Shown here: positions 19,802 to 29,871 of the stretch, piece by piece
Position numbering within the stretch: the first letter of the stretch is position 1
Layout of the letters: the number at the start of each line of letters is the position of its first letter
Assembly (NCBI GenBank): GCA_028285795.1
Contig: JAPYNL010000053.1
Location: 1-44,560 of the forward strand
Length of the DNA: 44,560 nucleotides
Reading direction: 5' to 3'
Origin: Arenicellales bacterium
Lineage (GTDB): Bacteria > Pseudomonadota > Gammaproteobacteria > Arenicellales > Poriferihabitantaceae
Made by a program: the position numbers and the translations under genes
Notes under the pieces: model-generated
Databases searched by the model: none
Seen by the model: the letters and a program-made list of their open reading frames with translations, nothing else
What the model was told of the DNA's origin: nothing

Positions 19802-21541
19802 TCATCCTGCCCCATGCTCTTCACTTCGGGCAATTTCCAGGGATTTGACATAAGCGGTAATCAGCGATGCTTCATAAATTACCCCAATCATCCTATTGCC
19901 ATCCTTGCTGTCTACTACGGGTAGGCTTTCCCCGGAAAAATCCCGAATTCTCTCCATGGCTTCCCATATCGACATATCCGGAGTAAACAGTATCTGTCCC
20001 GTACAGTAATCTCCGCATTCCAGACCAGAAAGACTCGATCCATTTCGTTCCTCATGGTCAATATCATTTAACGTTATCACCCCTAAATATCTTTGCCTGC
20101 CATCCACAATGTAGAGATTCGTTTTCCCTGAATCCAGGATAACCCGTTTTGCATTGGCGAGACTGGACTCACCGGTCAGCCTTGAATACTCATCCGAAAT
20201 CCAGGCATTGATTTTGCGATCACTCAAGATGACCTTTTCACGCCCCATGCTAAGGTCCAGGCCTTGCCGTTCAAGTTGTGCATCGAACATTGACCGGCCT
20301 ATCAACCGGTACCCTATCAGGTTGGCAAACACCGCGCTCACCATAGCCGCAACTGCCAGATCATAGTTTCGGGTTAATTCAAACACAATCAGTATCGCGG
20401 TCAGCGGCGAGCCCATGACCGGCCCTACCAACGCTACCATGCCGCAAACCATGTAGGGCGTTGCTGATGAATAATGCGTACCCATCACTGAAGCGCTGAT
20501 GATCGAGACCAGCGCTCCAAAAACGATCCCGCACAGCAAAGATGGACTGAAGACGCTGCCGGCCATGCCAAACCCGAAACATATCGCAGTCATGACCAGC
20601 TTCATGATTAGAATAAGCAGTAGTTCATCACCCGGATATCCTGCTCCAACCAGCACTTTCTGCATTACCGGTTCACCAACTCCGAGAATTTCCGGTACCC
20701 ACAACCCAGCCAGCCCGATACCGGCCCCTGCAATGCCGGGTTTCAGCCAAAGCGGAGCGTTCAGGCGTCTTGAAACATCGGTGAAATACAGCATCATGCG
20801 TACGAATACGGTCGCAATCAATGCCCCCGCAACGCCAATCAGGGCAAAGGCCAGAAACTCTTCCGGCTTGATAGCTCCCACTTCTGAAACAGGAAACACC
20901 TGGTGTCGGTCGAACACATGATTGGCAAGCAGATACCCGGCCACCGCTGCAATGGAGATTGGGGCAAACAGTTTCAGCGAGAAATGCCGAATAATGACTT
21001 CATGTGCAAACACCAGGCCTGCTATGGGCGCATTGAAGACAGTGGATATGGCAGCGGCAACACCACAGCCAATACCCATATTTGAAGTGAAGCCGAATTT
21101 TCCACCAGTCCGCTCCATGGCCAGTCCCAGCGTTGCACCGATATGGGAGATAGGTCCATACTGACCCATTGATGCACCGCTGCCCAGGGTCGCCACTGCA
21201 GCTATTGCCGTCTTGAAAGAATCCTTGAAGGATGGCTTAAAGACCATGGATTGGGACATTCTGATCGTCTGCACAAGACTCTCGGGCCGCCCTTCGGGCA
21301 GATCTTTCAGCATGAAACCAACCAGCAGTCCCCCAATCACTGGAACCAGAACAAACATGCCCATGTCCACAATTGATCGAATCCCTTCCTCTCTGGCCTC
21401 AAGAGATACCCGCAAGATCTCATTCAGCCAAACCACCGCCGAAACAAAGGCAATGGATGACACTGATGCCAATATGCCAATAACGAGCGCAAGCAACATG
21501 ATTGCGGTGGTATTTCGAAGTAGACAACCTTTGTCCATCAT
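19802..21541 (-). CDS. ClC-family chloride channel/antiporter with C-terminal CBS pair
   Basis: GSGASMGQYGP, GVAAAISTVFNAPIAG, FSPSL, PLTAILIVFELT; CBS-like tail; GGAG RBS. Confidence 0.9.
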   Translation of the reverse strand: MMDKGCLLRNTTAIMLLALVIGILASVSSIAFVSAVVWLNEILRVSLEAREEGIRSIVDMGMFVLVPVIGGLLVGFMLKDLPEGRPESLVQTIRMSQSMVFKPSFKDSFKTAIAAVATLGSGASMGQYGPISHIGATLGLAMERTGGKFGFTSNMGIGCGVAAAISTVFNAPIAGLVFAHEVIIRHFSLKLFAPISIAAVAGYLLANHVFDRHQVFPVSEVGAIKPEEFLAFALIGVAGALIATVFVRMMLYFTDVSRRLNAPLWLKPGIAGAGIGLAGLWVPEILGVGEPVMQKVLVGAGYPGDELLLILIMKLVMTAICFGFGMAGSVFSPSLLCGIVFGALVSIISASVMGTHYSSATPYMVCGMVALVGPVMGSPLTAILIVFELTRNYDLAVAAMVSAVFANLIGYRLIGRSMFDAQLERQGLDLSMGREKVILSDRKINAWISDEYSRLTGESSLANAKRVILDSGKTNLYIVDGRQRYLGVITLNDIDHEERNGSSLSGLECGDYCTGQILFTPDMSIWEAMERIRDFSGESLPVVDSKDGNRMIGVIYEASLITAYVKSLEIARSEEHGAG

Positions 21542-21704
21542 TGCAATGTCTCCATGTTCTCTTTCTTCAGTATCCGCTATCAGTCAGGGTTTTCAATGAT
21601 ATACAATCAATGAGGAAATCATTCTGTCATGGAAGGATTGAGCATGTCTCGAAAGTGATTTCACTATACCAGCAATGTCGCATGAAAAATGACAATGTGA
21701 ATCC

Positions 21705-22841
21705 ATGCAGCCTTACCGTCTCTCCATGAACCCGAAAAAGATTAGACAAATTGCCCATGCAATCCGCGAATGGAGTAATGAACTGGGCTTTGACCAGATT
21801 GGCGTGTCGGGCATTGATCTTGAGCAGGCCGAAACCCGCCTGGGGAAGTGGATTGAAAACCAATACCACGGTGAAATGAATTACATGTCTCGGCACGGCA
21901 CAAAACGCACTAGACCGGGTCAACTAATTGACGGTACGATTCGGGTTATTTCAGCGAGAATGAATTATATGCCTGAACCGATGTCAAAGAGTAAATCGGT
22001 GCTTGAAGAGCCACATATGGGCTATATTTCCCGCTATGCATTAGGTAGAGACTATCACAAGGTCATACGCTCCAGGCTACGCAAGCTTGCCAGGCGAATC
22101 GAACGGGAAACTGGGCCATTCGGGTATCGGGTCTTCTGTGACAGCGCTCCGGTCATGGAAAAGCCTCTGGCAGAAAAATCGGGCCTCGGCTGGATGGGCA
22201 AGCATACGAATCTGCTTGACCGGCGTGAAGGTTCGTGGTTTTTTTTAGGGGAAATCTATACGGATATACCCCTTCCAGTTGATGCACCCACCCGTCCGCA
22301 TTGCGGCAGTTGTCGTGCCTGCATCGATATCTGTCCCACTCAGGCTATCATCGCCCCCTATGTTCTCGATGCCCGCCGCTGTATTTCATACCATACCATC
22401 GAGCTGCATGGCCCCATACCGGTCGAGTTCAGAAAATCGATCGGCAATCGAATTTACGGATGCGATGACTGTCAGCTTGCCTGCCCCTGGAATCGATATG
22501 CCAAGATCGCCCGTGAGCCTGATTTTGCACCACGACATGCTCTCGACAACTCGCGCCTGATCGACCTTTTTGGCTGGAGCGAACCGGAATTCCTGAACAA
22601 AACGGAAGGGTCGGCGATTCGCCGTATTGGATACCAGCGATGGCTTCGCAATATTGCGGTGGCCCTTGGCAATGCCCCGACTTCGCAAGCGATCGTGAAA
22701 ACCCTGAGAAAACGTCGAGGACAGACTTCAGAGCTAGTCGATGACCATGTTGCATGGGCGCTCGAGCAACATGAACAATCCCCGAATAGCCGGCAAACTT
22801 CAGATGCCGGGCAGCGGAAAAGCGAACCACCCCGAATTTGA
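21705..22841 (+). CDS. queG: Epoxyqueuosine reductase
   Basis: SRYALGRDYH, DSAPVMEK, GSWFFLGE, CGSCRACIDICPT, GCDDCQLACPWN, RNIAVALGN; start could be 21726. Confidence 0.97.
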   Translation: MQPYRLSMNPKKIRQIAHAIREWSNELGFDQIGVSGIDLEQAETRLGKWIENQYHGEMNYMSRHGTKRTRPGQLIDGTIRVISARMNYMPEPMSKSKSVLEEPHMGYISRYALGRDYHKVIRSRLRKLARRIERETGPFGYRVFCDSAPVMEKPLAEKSGLGWMGKHTNLLDRREGSWFFLGEIYTDIPLPVDAPTRPHCGSCRACIDICPTQAIIAPYVLDARRCISYHTIELHGPIPVEFRKSIGNRIYGCDDCQLACPWNRYAKIAREPDFAPRHALDNSRLIDLFGWSEPEFLNKTEGSAIRRIGYQRWLRNIAVALGNAPTSQAIVKTLRKRRGQTSELVDDHVAWALEQHEQSPNSRQTSDAGQRKSEPPRI

Positions 22842-22845
22842 TCAT

Positions 22846-23415
22846 TCAAACAACATGGTCGTAACCTGGCTCCAGAACATTAATGAATGCCTTTCGATAG
22901 AACTTGAGTTCTTCTATTGATTCCATGATGTCATCAAGGGCCTGATGCGTGTTGCGCTTCCTGAAAACATTGACCAGGTCTGGCCTCCAGCGTCGAACAA
23001 GCTCATTGACGGAGCTGACATCAAGGTTGCGGTAATGCAGATACTTCTCCAACTCCGGCATGTATCGATGCATGAATCGGCGGTCTTGGCAGACCGAGTT
23101 GCCACACAGGGGCGATTCATTGATTGGCACATATTGCCTGATAAATTTCAAGGTCTCGGTCTCGGCATGCTGTTCATCGACGCTCGATTCGCGAACTCTC
23201 TGAATCAAGCCGCTTTTGGTATGAGTGCGGGTATTCCATTCATCCATTCCAATCAGGCGTTCCAGTGACTGATTTATTGCAAGTACCGGACCTTGATCAA
23301 GGATATTCAATTTGGCATCAGTAACAACGCTTGCAATTTCGATAATGCGGTCATCTTCTGGAGATAAACCGGTCATTTCCATGTCTATCCAAACCAGATT
23401 TTGTGGGTGCTGCAT
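22846..23415 (-). CDS. orn: Oligoribonuclease
   Basis: [37 protein letters not shown]. Confidence 0.97.
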   Translation of the reverse strand: MQHPQNLVWIDMEMTGLSPEDDRIIEIASVVTDAKLNILDQGPVLAINQSLERLIGMDEWNTRTHTKSGLIQRVRESSVDEQHAETETLKFIRQYVPINESPLCGNSVCQDRRFMHRYMPELEKYLHYRNLDVSSVNELVRRWRPDLVNVFRKRNTHQALDDIMESIEELKFYRKAFINVLEPGYDHVV

Positions 23416-23430
23416 GTGATTTCTGTCCTT

Positions 23431-24186
23431 TCAGCGTCTGGAGATAATTTGTTGACGAATTGCCGCACAAATTGCGATGGCGGCAGTTTCAATTCGCAGA
23501 GTGTGCTCTGACAAACGCAATTCTAATATTTTTTGATCCCTCAAGAATTGTTTTTCCGAATCACTGAATCCGCCTTCGGGCCCCACCATGAGAATGATTT
23601 CCTCAAGAATGGAGAGATTCAATGGACCGAGAGATTCGATTGATTCGCCTTCAGGATCACCTGCAATTATCAGGCAGGTGCCTTTTGACATGGATTCTCC
23701 ATTTGACTGACATAACCCTTCCAGGGTCATGGATTGACTGATTCCCGGAATGTATGGCTGCCGGCATTGCTTGCATGACTGAAGAATTACTTTTTTCCAG
23801 CGTTTCTGCATGTTTGGCGTGTAGCGAACCGCGCTATGCGTGCATTCAAGCGGGATATACTGACTTATTCCCATTTGCACGGTCATGCTGAGCAGAACGG
23901 ATTGACGATCACCCTTGGCAATAGCACTTGCAAGCATTACCCGCGGATCAGGAGACCGATGGCACTCTGACTCTACAATCAGAATTTTGAGAACGCCGCC
24001 CCGGGGCAATTGATTGATAATTCTGGCCATTGCCATCGTTCCCTTTCCATCCATCAAGTACAAATGATCGCCGGTTGTCAAGCGGCGGGATTTGCCGGCA
24101 TGGAATGCCTCGGGTCCGGCAATTTCCGCGTAACATCCCGGCTCAGGAATTGGATTGAGGTAAAATGGTGCAGAATCAATACGCAA
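23431..24186 (-). CDS. rsmE: 16S rRNA (uracil(1498)-N3)-methyltransferase
   Basis: SPOUT motifs QSCKQCRQ, MVGPEGGFS, LRIETAA. Confidence 0.92.
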   Translation of the reverse strand: MRIDSAPFYLNPIPEPGCYAEIAGPEAFHAGKSRRLTTGDHLYLMDGKGTMAMARIINQLPRGGVLKILIVESECHRSPDPRVMLASAIAKGDRQSVLLSMTVQMGISQYIPLECTHSAVRYTPNMQKRWKKVILQSCKQCRQPYIPGISQSMTLEGLCQSNGESMSKGTCLIIAGDPEGESIESLGPLNLSILEEIILMVGPEGGFSDSEKQFLRDQKILELRLSEHTLRIETAAIAICAAIRQQIISRR

Positions 24187-24928
24187 TGCTCGATCCCGGG
24201 AAGTAGATGTCGTAGCGAACCTGCTTGCTCTTGATCTCGCCTACCTTGCCTTTCTGTATTGCGGGGAAGTGATGTGGTCGCTTTATGACGACACGGCGAG
24301 CACCTGAGCTCATGGCCAACTCAAACATCTTTTCGAATGACTGGGTATGGTCGGGACGGTTGACCAGCTCCCTCAATAGGCTAATTGCTTTTGGTGAAGC
24401 TGCATTACGCTTGTGTGCGGGAAACATGGGATCCATGTAAATCACGTCAGCATCCATGGTTCCCGACTGCAATGCCTGGATACTGTCCTCATGCCTCAGA
24501 ACCAGACGTTGCTTGATGAGAGGAAGTCGACAATGTTCAATGGCATTTTGCGTCAGGACATAAACCAGAGGACTATTCTCGAAAGCAACAATGCTGCAGC
24601 CCGAAAAAGCAATTCTCGAGGCATCGACACACCATCCGGCGGTCATATCGATCACCTTACCCTGTTTGGTCCCAATTGCTCGCAGCAACGGATCGATGCC
24701 TCTTGCCGGAAGACCGGGAGCAATAACTGGCATAAAGGGTTTGCATCTGCCTTCGGGAAATTCCAGTTGAATCCTGTTCCCAGAAACACGAAGAAAAAAA
24801 GGAGTCTTGTTCGCTGATTGATTTCCCGGTGATCCCGGATATATCCGGGATCCCAGAATCCTTGATATCCATTCAGTGTACTTGATATCGGACCGGTCGG
24901 ATATTACGGTGATTAAATCGGAATTCAT
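24176..24928 (-). CDS. rsmJ: 16S rRNA (guanine(1516)-N2)-methyltransferase
   Basis: VIDMTAGWCVD, DVIYMDPMFP, RRVVIKRP, RYDIY; alternative TTG start at 24973. Confidence 0.85.
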   Translation of the reverse strand: MNSDLITVISDRSDIKYTEWISRILGSRIYPGSPGNQSANKTPFFLRVSGNRIQLEFPEGRCKPFMPVIAPGLPARGIDPLLRAIGTKQGKVIDMTAGWCVDASRIAFSGCSIVAFENSPLVYVLTQNAIEHCRLPLIKQRLVLRHEDSIQALQSGTMDADVIYMDPMFPAHKRNAASPKAISLLRELVNRPDHTQSFEKMFELAMSSGARRVVIKRPHHFPAIQKGKVGEIKSKQVRYDIYFPGSSIAY

Positions 24929-25224
24929 GCCTGTTGTGAACAATAAAAAGAGGCCGATTTCAATTTTCCCCAACGCTTCAATTTATGCCTTTCCCGAATC
25001 GGTAAAGCACATACGAAAAAATTCGCCCTCATATTTGACAATGCCCTGCTCTCTGTCTCGTAAAATTCACTCGGTCTGTCCATGCGGTTAAACAGATGGG
25101 AATTGTCAAGAAGTTCTAGCACCAACTGATTGATATTTCAACTGTCAATACCATGCATCCCACCAGCGAATTCCGGGTCATCGTACTTATCCGCCCAGGC
25201 GATTCGACTGGATTTGCCAGCAGA

Positions 25225-25410
25225 TCAGCCATGTGTTGCCTGTATTCGGCAGATTCCAAATTGAAATGCAACATGGAAAAGTGACTGTAGTTCAGGGAAG
25301 GCAGTTCGACACAACGTGGTCTTGCCCGACTGCCTCGGCCTGTTCACGGTTACAAATGGGTACTGCTTGAACAAGCGAATCAGGAAAGGGGAAATATCTC
25401 GATCAATCAT
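25225..25410 (-). pseudogene. N-terminal fragment of an AAA_14/DUF4143-type ATPase
   Basis: MIDRDISPFLIRLFKQYPFVTVNRPRQSGKTTLCRTAFP matches the family start (..VTxTGPRQSGKTT..) with a damaged P-loop, and is then truncated. Confidence 0.75.
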
Positions 25411-25504
25411 GCCCCAAACGAGTTTATATGCATATGGTATCCTTGAATGGCATGTCGAGCAATGGAGTTTCAAAATATTTCAAAAACATCCCAAATATTT
25501 GACC

Positions 25505-25911
25505 CTGTGGGCCCAACAACCAGCTCCAGCCAGTTCCAACAATCGCAGCAAGCGGTGGCGGGCACACATCATTGCCACGAAAGAAATTGGCAAGCTGGGC
25601 GCGAGGACCTCATACTCCGCTACACTTTCGATGCCGGCACGCCTGGCACGATCAACTACACCTGCCCCAACCTCGGCTACGGCGGCCTTCAGGACTACAC
25701 GAGGCACATGTTCATAGTCTATGCGAAGCCTGTAAGAGGACATGGAAGCGGCTGGAACAAGCCGCTTGCCTGGCGAGAATTCCAGACTGGTCGCCATCCC
25801 GACGGAACTCCTTCTGTGGATAGCCCGTGCCGATTACGTGACCGACGATGGCGAACCGGCGAAATTGAAGCCGGCCTGTGTCAGCGGTTCGCGGCAGCGA
25901 CTGCGGCCTGA
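25505..25911 (+). pseudogene. Remnant of an unidentified GC-rich coding sequence
   Basis: A run of strongly GC3-biased codons (EDLILRYTFDAGTPGTINYTCPNLGYGGLQDYTRHMF). The GC3-rich frame shifts upstream. No family recognised. Confidence 0.3.
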
Positions 25912-25922
25912 TAAATGACTCG

Positions 25923-25950
25923 AAGGGGCGGTCTTCGGCCACCCCTTTCT
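25923..25950 (+). terminator. Putative intrinsic terminator hairpin
   Basis: aaggggcggtc-ttc-ggccacccctt stem-loop with one mismatch and one G-U pair, ending in tttct. Confidence 0.4.
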
Positions 25951-26265
25951 GCGCGACATGTCCGTCATTTCCAAACGGAGCCACGACCCTTTTCCGATTC
26001 CGTCCCGGATATGAGTCGAACAGACCTTTCCCCTGTGCGGGTCAATCGCCAAATGCAACGTCCTTGCACCCAGGGTTTCGCCCTGCGACAGGACGGATAA
26101 TTGCCGACAAGGTCACATCTAGCGTATCGCCAATCCAGATCATGGGTGTTGACTTGATGCAACTCCACGTCCGGGAAACACTCCATCCTCTCTGTCAATC
26201 TCGAAGGGGTGGTGTAGAATACCTGCTGTTATTATCAGTCACGAATCAATCCATCTGACCTGAAC

Positions 26266-27069
26266 ATGGGCTTTCTTGAAGGAAAAAAAGCACTAATCTG
26301 CGGCATCGCAAATAACCGATCCATCGCATGGGGCATTGCCCAGGCTATGCATCGGCAAGGCGCTGAACTTGCATTTTCCTATCCCAACGACAAACTGAAA
26401 TCCAGAGTTGCTGATCTGGGCGGTCAGCTGGGTTCAGACATCATCCTGCCCTGTGACGTCTCAAGCGATGACGACATAAACAATTTATTCCTCCATCTAG
26501 GAAAGTACTGGGATGGCCTCGATGCACTTGTCCACTGCATTGCATTTGCCAATCGAGAGGAACTCGATGGAACCTATCTCGACTCGATCACCCGAGAAGG
26601 GTTTGCGTTGGCTCATGACATCAGTTCGTACAGCTTCTCTGCCATGGGCAGAGCCGCATTACCGCTCATGCAGGGAAGAAATGCCAGCATGCTGACCTTG
26701 AGCTACCTCGGTGCCGTCCGTTCCATGCCGAATTACAATGTCATGGGACTGGCCAAGGCAAGTCTCGAAGCAAATGTGCGCTACATGGCTCAATCCGTTG
26801 GCAGTCGAAATATCCGGGTAAATGCCATATCAGCCGGCCCAATACGAACACTGGCGGCCTCTGGCATCAGGAGCTTCAGGTCGATGCTTGGTCATTTCCA
26901 GAAGGTTGCACCGCTGGGCCGGGCAGTCACCATCGACGAGGTTGGCAATACCGCCGCGTTTTTATGCTCGGACCTGGCATCCGGCATCACCGGCGAGATC
27001 ACCTATGTGGATGCCGGATTCAGCACCGTCAGTCTGAGTGAGCATCTACTTCAGGAACAGACCCAATAA
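26266..27069 (+). CDS. fabI: Enoyl-ACP reductase (NADH) FabI
   Basis: [46 protein letters not shown]. Confidence 0.97.
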   Translation: MGFLEGKKALICGIANNRSIAWGIAQAMHRQGAELAFSYPNDKLKSRVADLGGQLGSDIILPCDVSSDDDINNLFLHLGKYWDGLDALVHCIAFANREELDGTYLDSITREGFALAHDISSYSFSAMGRAALPLMQGRNASMLTLSYLGAVRSMPNYNVMGLAKASLEANVRYMAQSVGSRNIRVNAISAGPIRTLAASGIRSFRSMLGHFQKVAPLGRAVTIDEVGNTAAFLCSDLASGITGEITYVDAGFSTVSLSEHLLQEQTQ

Positions 27070-27073
27070 TGGT

Positions 27074-28900
27074 TCAAGCCTGTATGGCTAAATCATCCAA
27101 TTTATCGGCACCCGGAATCCCCTCCTGCGACCATCCTCGGATTTTGTAGTACTCGGGCAGCATTACATCCAGTTCGCAGACACCCCCCTTGTTAAATCCT
27201 GCGGGAGCCGGTTCTCTGAGAATGCGCGGGGGCAATGTGTCGTCAGCCTTGGTTAACCCCGCCTTCAGATTGAACAATTTCTCGAGATTCCAGATTCTCT
27301 CACCGGTCTGACGAAGACGTTCAACAGTCCATTCGCCGGGCAGGTCAGCATCAACCATTGCCGCGAAATCTTCATACCCCCACGTACCTGTCGTAAACAA
27401 GCACAAGCCGGTCGAGTCGACCATCGCAACAAAGTCCTGGGTTCGGGCACAGGCTTCGGCTTTACCGACTGTTCCCGGGGTCTGGTAATCTTCTTCAAAG
27501 GTATCATGCTTCAAATGACATGCACCTCGATTGCTGGTTGCATAACCAAGACCCATCCCCTGCATGGAGCGACCGTCGTAACCTGCAAACTCCTGCCCCT
27601 TGGAAACCATTGCCAGTTCGGGGCGGCCGTATTTTTCACATAATAGTTTTGCACCCAGGCCCAGGTCCCTGCCAAAGCCTTCATGCTTTCCGGTCTTCTC
27701 AGACATGGTGACCAATGCCTCTGCACTGCCAAAACGGAGTTCAACCCCATCTGTCTGATCTTTGGTGATCACGCCCAGTTCATACAGCTCCATTGCGGCA
27801 GCCAGAGTAACCCCGAATGAGATCGGGTCCATGCCATGCTCATTCATCATGAACCCGGCAAAGGTCAATGCATCAAGATCATCAACGCCAACAACAGGAC
27901 CAAATGCGAAAGCAGTTTCATATTCCAGCCCTCCCGAAGCAATGTGGTATTCGGGGCGGTCTTTGACACTGAAATGCTTTGGGTCGATATGTGCGATACG
28001 CCCACATCCGATTGTGCACCCAAAACAGGCCGCATTTCGAATCAGATTGACATGCCCATTGCGGTTTTTCGTAGTGACCGAGTCATGGTTGATGTTGTCG
28101 GCGCCCTTGAAAGTCACATCCTGGAAATTTCGGGTTGGAAGTCCACCGAACTCCTGCATGCTGTCCAGCATGGCAAGCGTGCCATAACGTGCCAAACCCC
28201 GTCGATTCCCGCTTCCATGCAGAATGCCATTGGTCTTCTGGATGGCAGACATGAACTGCTTCGGGTTTTCACAATTCACCCCAAGCGATCCACGAGCCGC
28301 AATTGCCTTCAGGTTCTTGCTTCCCATCACCGCTCCAACTCCCGATCGTCCAGCTGCACGATGCAGATCATTGACCACACAGGCATAGCGAACACCCTGT
28401 TCTCCAGAAATCCCGATTGCTGCGATTTTCATTTCAGGCTCCTGGTGCTGCCTGTGTATCCATTCATCGGCAACCCAGACACTTTGGCCCCAGATATCTT
28501 CTGCAGGCAAAATTTCAGCGTTATTGTTTGAGATATTCAGATAAACAGGGCACTCTGATTTTCCGGTAATGATCATGAGATCAAATCCCGCATATTTCAT
28601 TTCGGCGCCAAACTTTCCACCCGAGTTGGAACAGGCGATGGCACCGGTTAGAGGTCCTTTGGTCACTACAACATAGCGTCCACTGGTTGACGCCATGGTG
28701 CCGCCCAATGGACCATTCGCGAAAATCAATACATTTTCAGGACTGAGAGGATCCACTGCCGGATCCATTTCCTCGTAAAGATACCGGGTAGCCAGTCCAC
28801 GCGCCCCCAGATAATCGTTGGCCCATTCCATATTCAGAGGCCCTGTCGATACAGTCCCCTCGGTTAAATCTACACGTAAAATGTTTCTCTGCCAGCTCAT
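27074..28900 (-). CDS. Aldehyde:ferredoxin oxidoreductase catalytic subunit (tungstopterin AOR family)
   Basis: LRVDLT, YLGARGL, KGPLTG, AAGRSGVGAVMGSKNLKA, CFGCTIGC, GLEYET, GMDPIS, TSNRGACH, DSTGLC. Confidence 0.93.
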   Translation of the reverse strand: MSWQRNILRVDLTEGTVSTGPLNMEWANDYLGARGLATRYLYEEMDPAVDPLSPENVLIFANGPLGGTMASTSGRYVVVTKGPLTGAIACSNSGGKFGAEMKYAGFDLMIITGKSECPVYLNISNNNAEILPAEDIWGQSVWVADEWIHRQHQEPEMKIAAIGISGEQGVRYACVVNDLHRAAGRSGVGAVMGSKNLKAIAARGSLGVNCENPKQFMSAIQKTNGILHGSGNRRGLARYGTLAMLDSMQEFGGLPTRNFQDVTFKGADNINHDSVTTKNRNGHVNLIRNAACFGCTIGCGRIAHIDPKHFSVKDRPEYHIASGGLEYETAFAFGPVVGVDDLDALTFAGFMMNEHGMDPISFGVTLAAAMELYELGVITKDQTDGVELRFGSAEALVTMSEKTGKHEGFGRDLGLGAKLLCEKYGRPELAMVSKGQEFAGYDGRSMQGMGLGYATSNRGACHLKHDTFEEDYQTPGTVGKAEACARTQDFVAMVDSTGLCLFTTGTWGYEDFAAMVDADLPGEWTVERLRQTGERIWNLEKLFNLKAGLTKADDTLPPRILREPAPAGFNKGGVCELDVMLPEYYKIRGWSQEGIPGADKLDDLAIQA

Positions 28901-28987
28901 TTTTATGCTTCATGAAATTGTTGTGTGAATAGGGAACCCACAAGAGTGTCGATAATTCAAGTCTTGCCGTTTTTTATAAACAACCAC

Positions 28988-29080
28988 CTGCCAGTATAGA
29001 ACCTCAGCGTTCGTGCTTTAGAACCTGTCCATGCCAAGCCGCATGCCTGAATCAGCCTGGGCATGACTGCCAGTATAGAA
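28988..29080. repeat. 14-bp exact direct repeat ctgccagtatagaa, two copies
   Basis: Copies at 28988-29001 and 29067-29080; each reads TATACT on the minus strand upstream of the AOR gene. Confidence 0.7.
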
Positions 29081-29298
29081 GACATCGTGTATTTTACATG
29101 GTTCCGCCGTCAGAATTCCCACGAAAATATACGCCAGAATATTCCTTCGACGCTGCACGAAAAACTTCTTGACAACCGTTGCACCTGGATTCTGCAGGCT
29201 TTCATGAAACCGGACACCTGGCCAGCAAAAACCCCGGAGTGCCGCGTGGCAAAACCCTGCGCGAGACCGCGAACTCTCATGGAACACGAAACGTTCGC

Positions 29299-29856
29299 TC
29301 AAGCCATCTGGAAACGTTCGCCATTACTCCAGACATGAAAATCTGATTCGTTATCCGGATACCCTCGGGGTGTTTCCACAGCCAAATCCACAAGCTGATA
29401 GTAGACCGACCGAGTGAGCTTCGCCTTGAGTTTGCCCCTGACCTGCACGGTCGGCACAATATGACCGGTAGCCACGTCATGTTCAAAGCGAAGCGGATGG
29501 TCCCTGTCAACCCGGACAATGTCGTCCATATTTGTTCGCAGGCAGATCTGGAGTTGTTCGTCTTGTCCCTGAACTTCCATATCGACAGCCAGCAGCGGAC
29601 ATTCTTCAACCGATACCCGATACTTGACATGTGGCGTGATCAGAAAATACCCATCGTCTCCAAGACTCAACAGGGATGCAAAGAATCTCAGCATCCTCTC
29701 CCGGGTAATTTCAGAACCCTTGTAAAACCACTTGCCCGATCGATCAATCGACAGATCAATATCCATCTCCCGTGTGGGCGACCATTCGTGAATCGGCCAG
29801 ATCCTTTGCAACCCATACTGCGCAAAAAGGCTTTCCGGAGTGGTCTCTTCTGCCAT
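29299..29856 (-). CDS. DUF1285 family protein
   Basis: PIHEWSP, IDLSIDRSGKWFYKGSEI, YFLITPHVKYRVSVEECP, RTNMDD, LKAKLTRSVYYQL. Confidence 0.85.
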   Translation of the reverse strand: MAEETTPESLFAQYGLQRIWPIHEWSPTREMDIDLSIDRSGKWFYKGSEITRERMLRFFASLLSLGDDGYFLITPHVKYRVSVEECPLLAVDMEVQGQDEQLQICLRTNMDDIVRVDRDHPLRFEHDVATGHIVPTVQVRGKLKAKLTRSVYYQLVDLAVETPRGYPDNESDFHVWSNGERFQMA

Positions 29857-29871
29857 GCCTCAACCGAAGAA

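Noticed and set aside
22836-22850. tRNA-Gly cluster found between orn and queG in enterobacteria
   Set aside because: The genes converge with only a 4-nt gap, leaving no room for tRNAs.
29018-29338. ORFs 29063-29338 (+) and 29018-29302 (-)
   Set aside because: No recognisable motifs, no Fe-S cysteine pattern, and they overlap each other; probably spurious.
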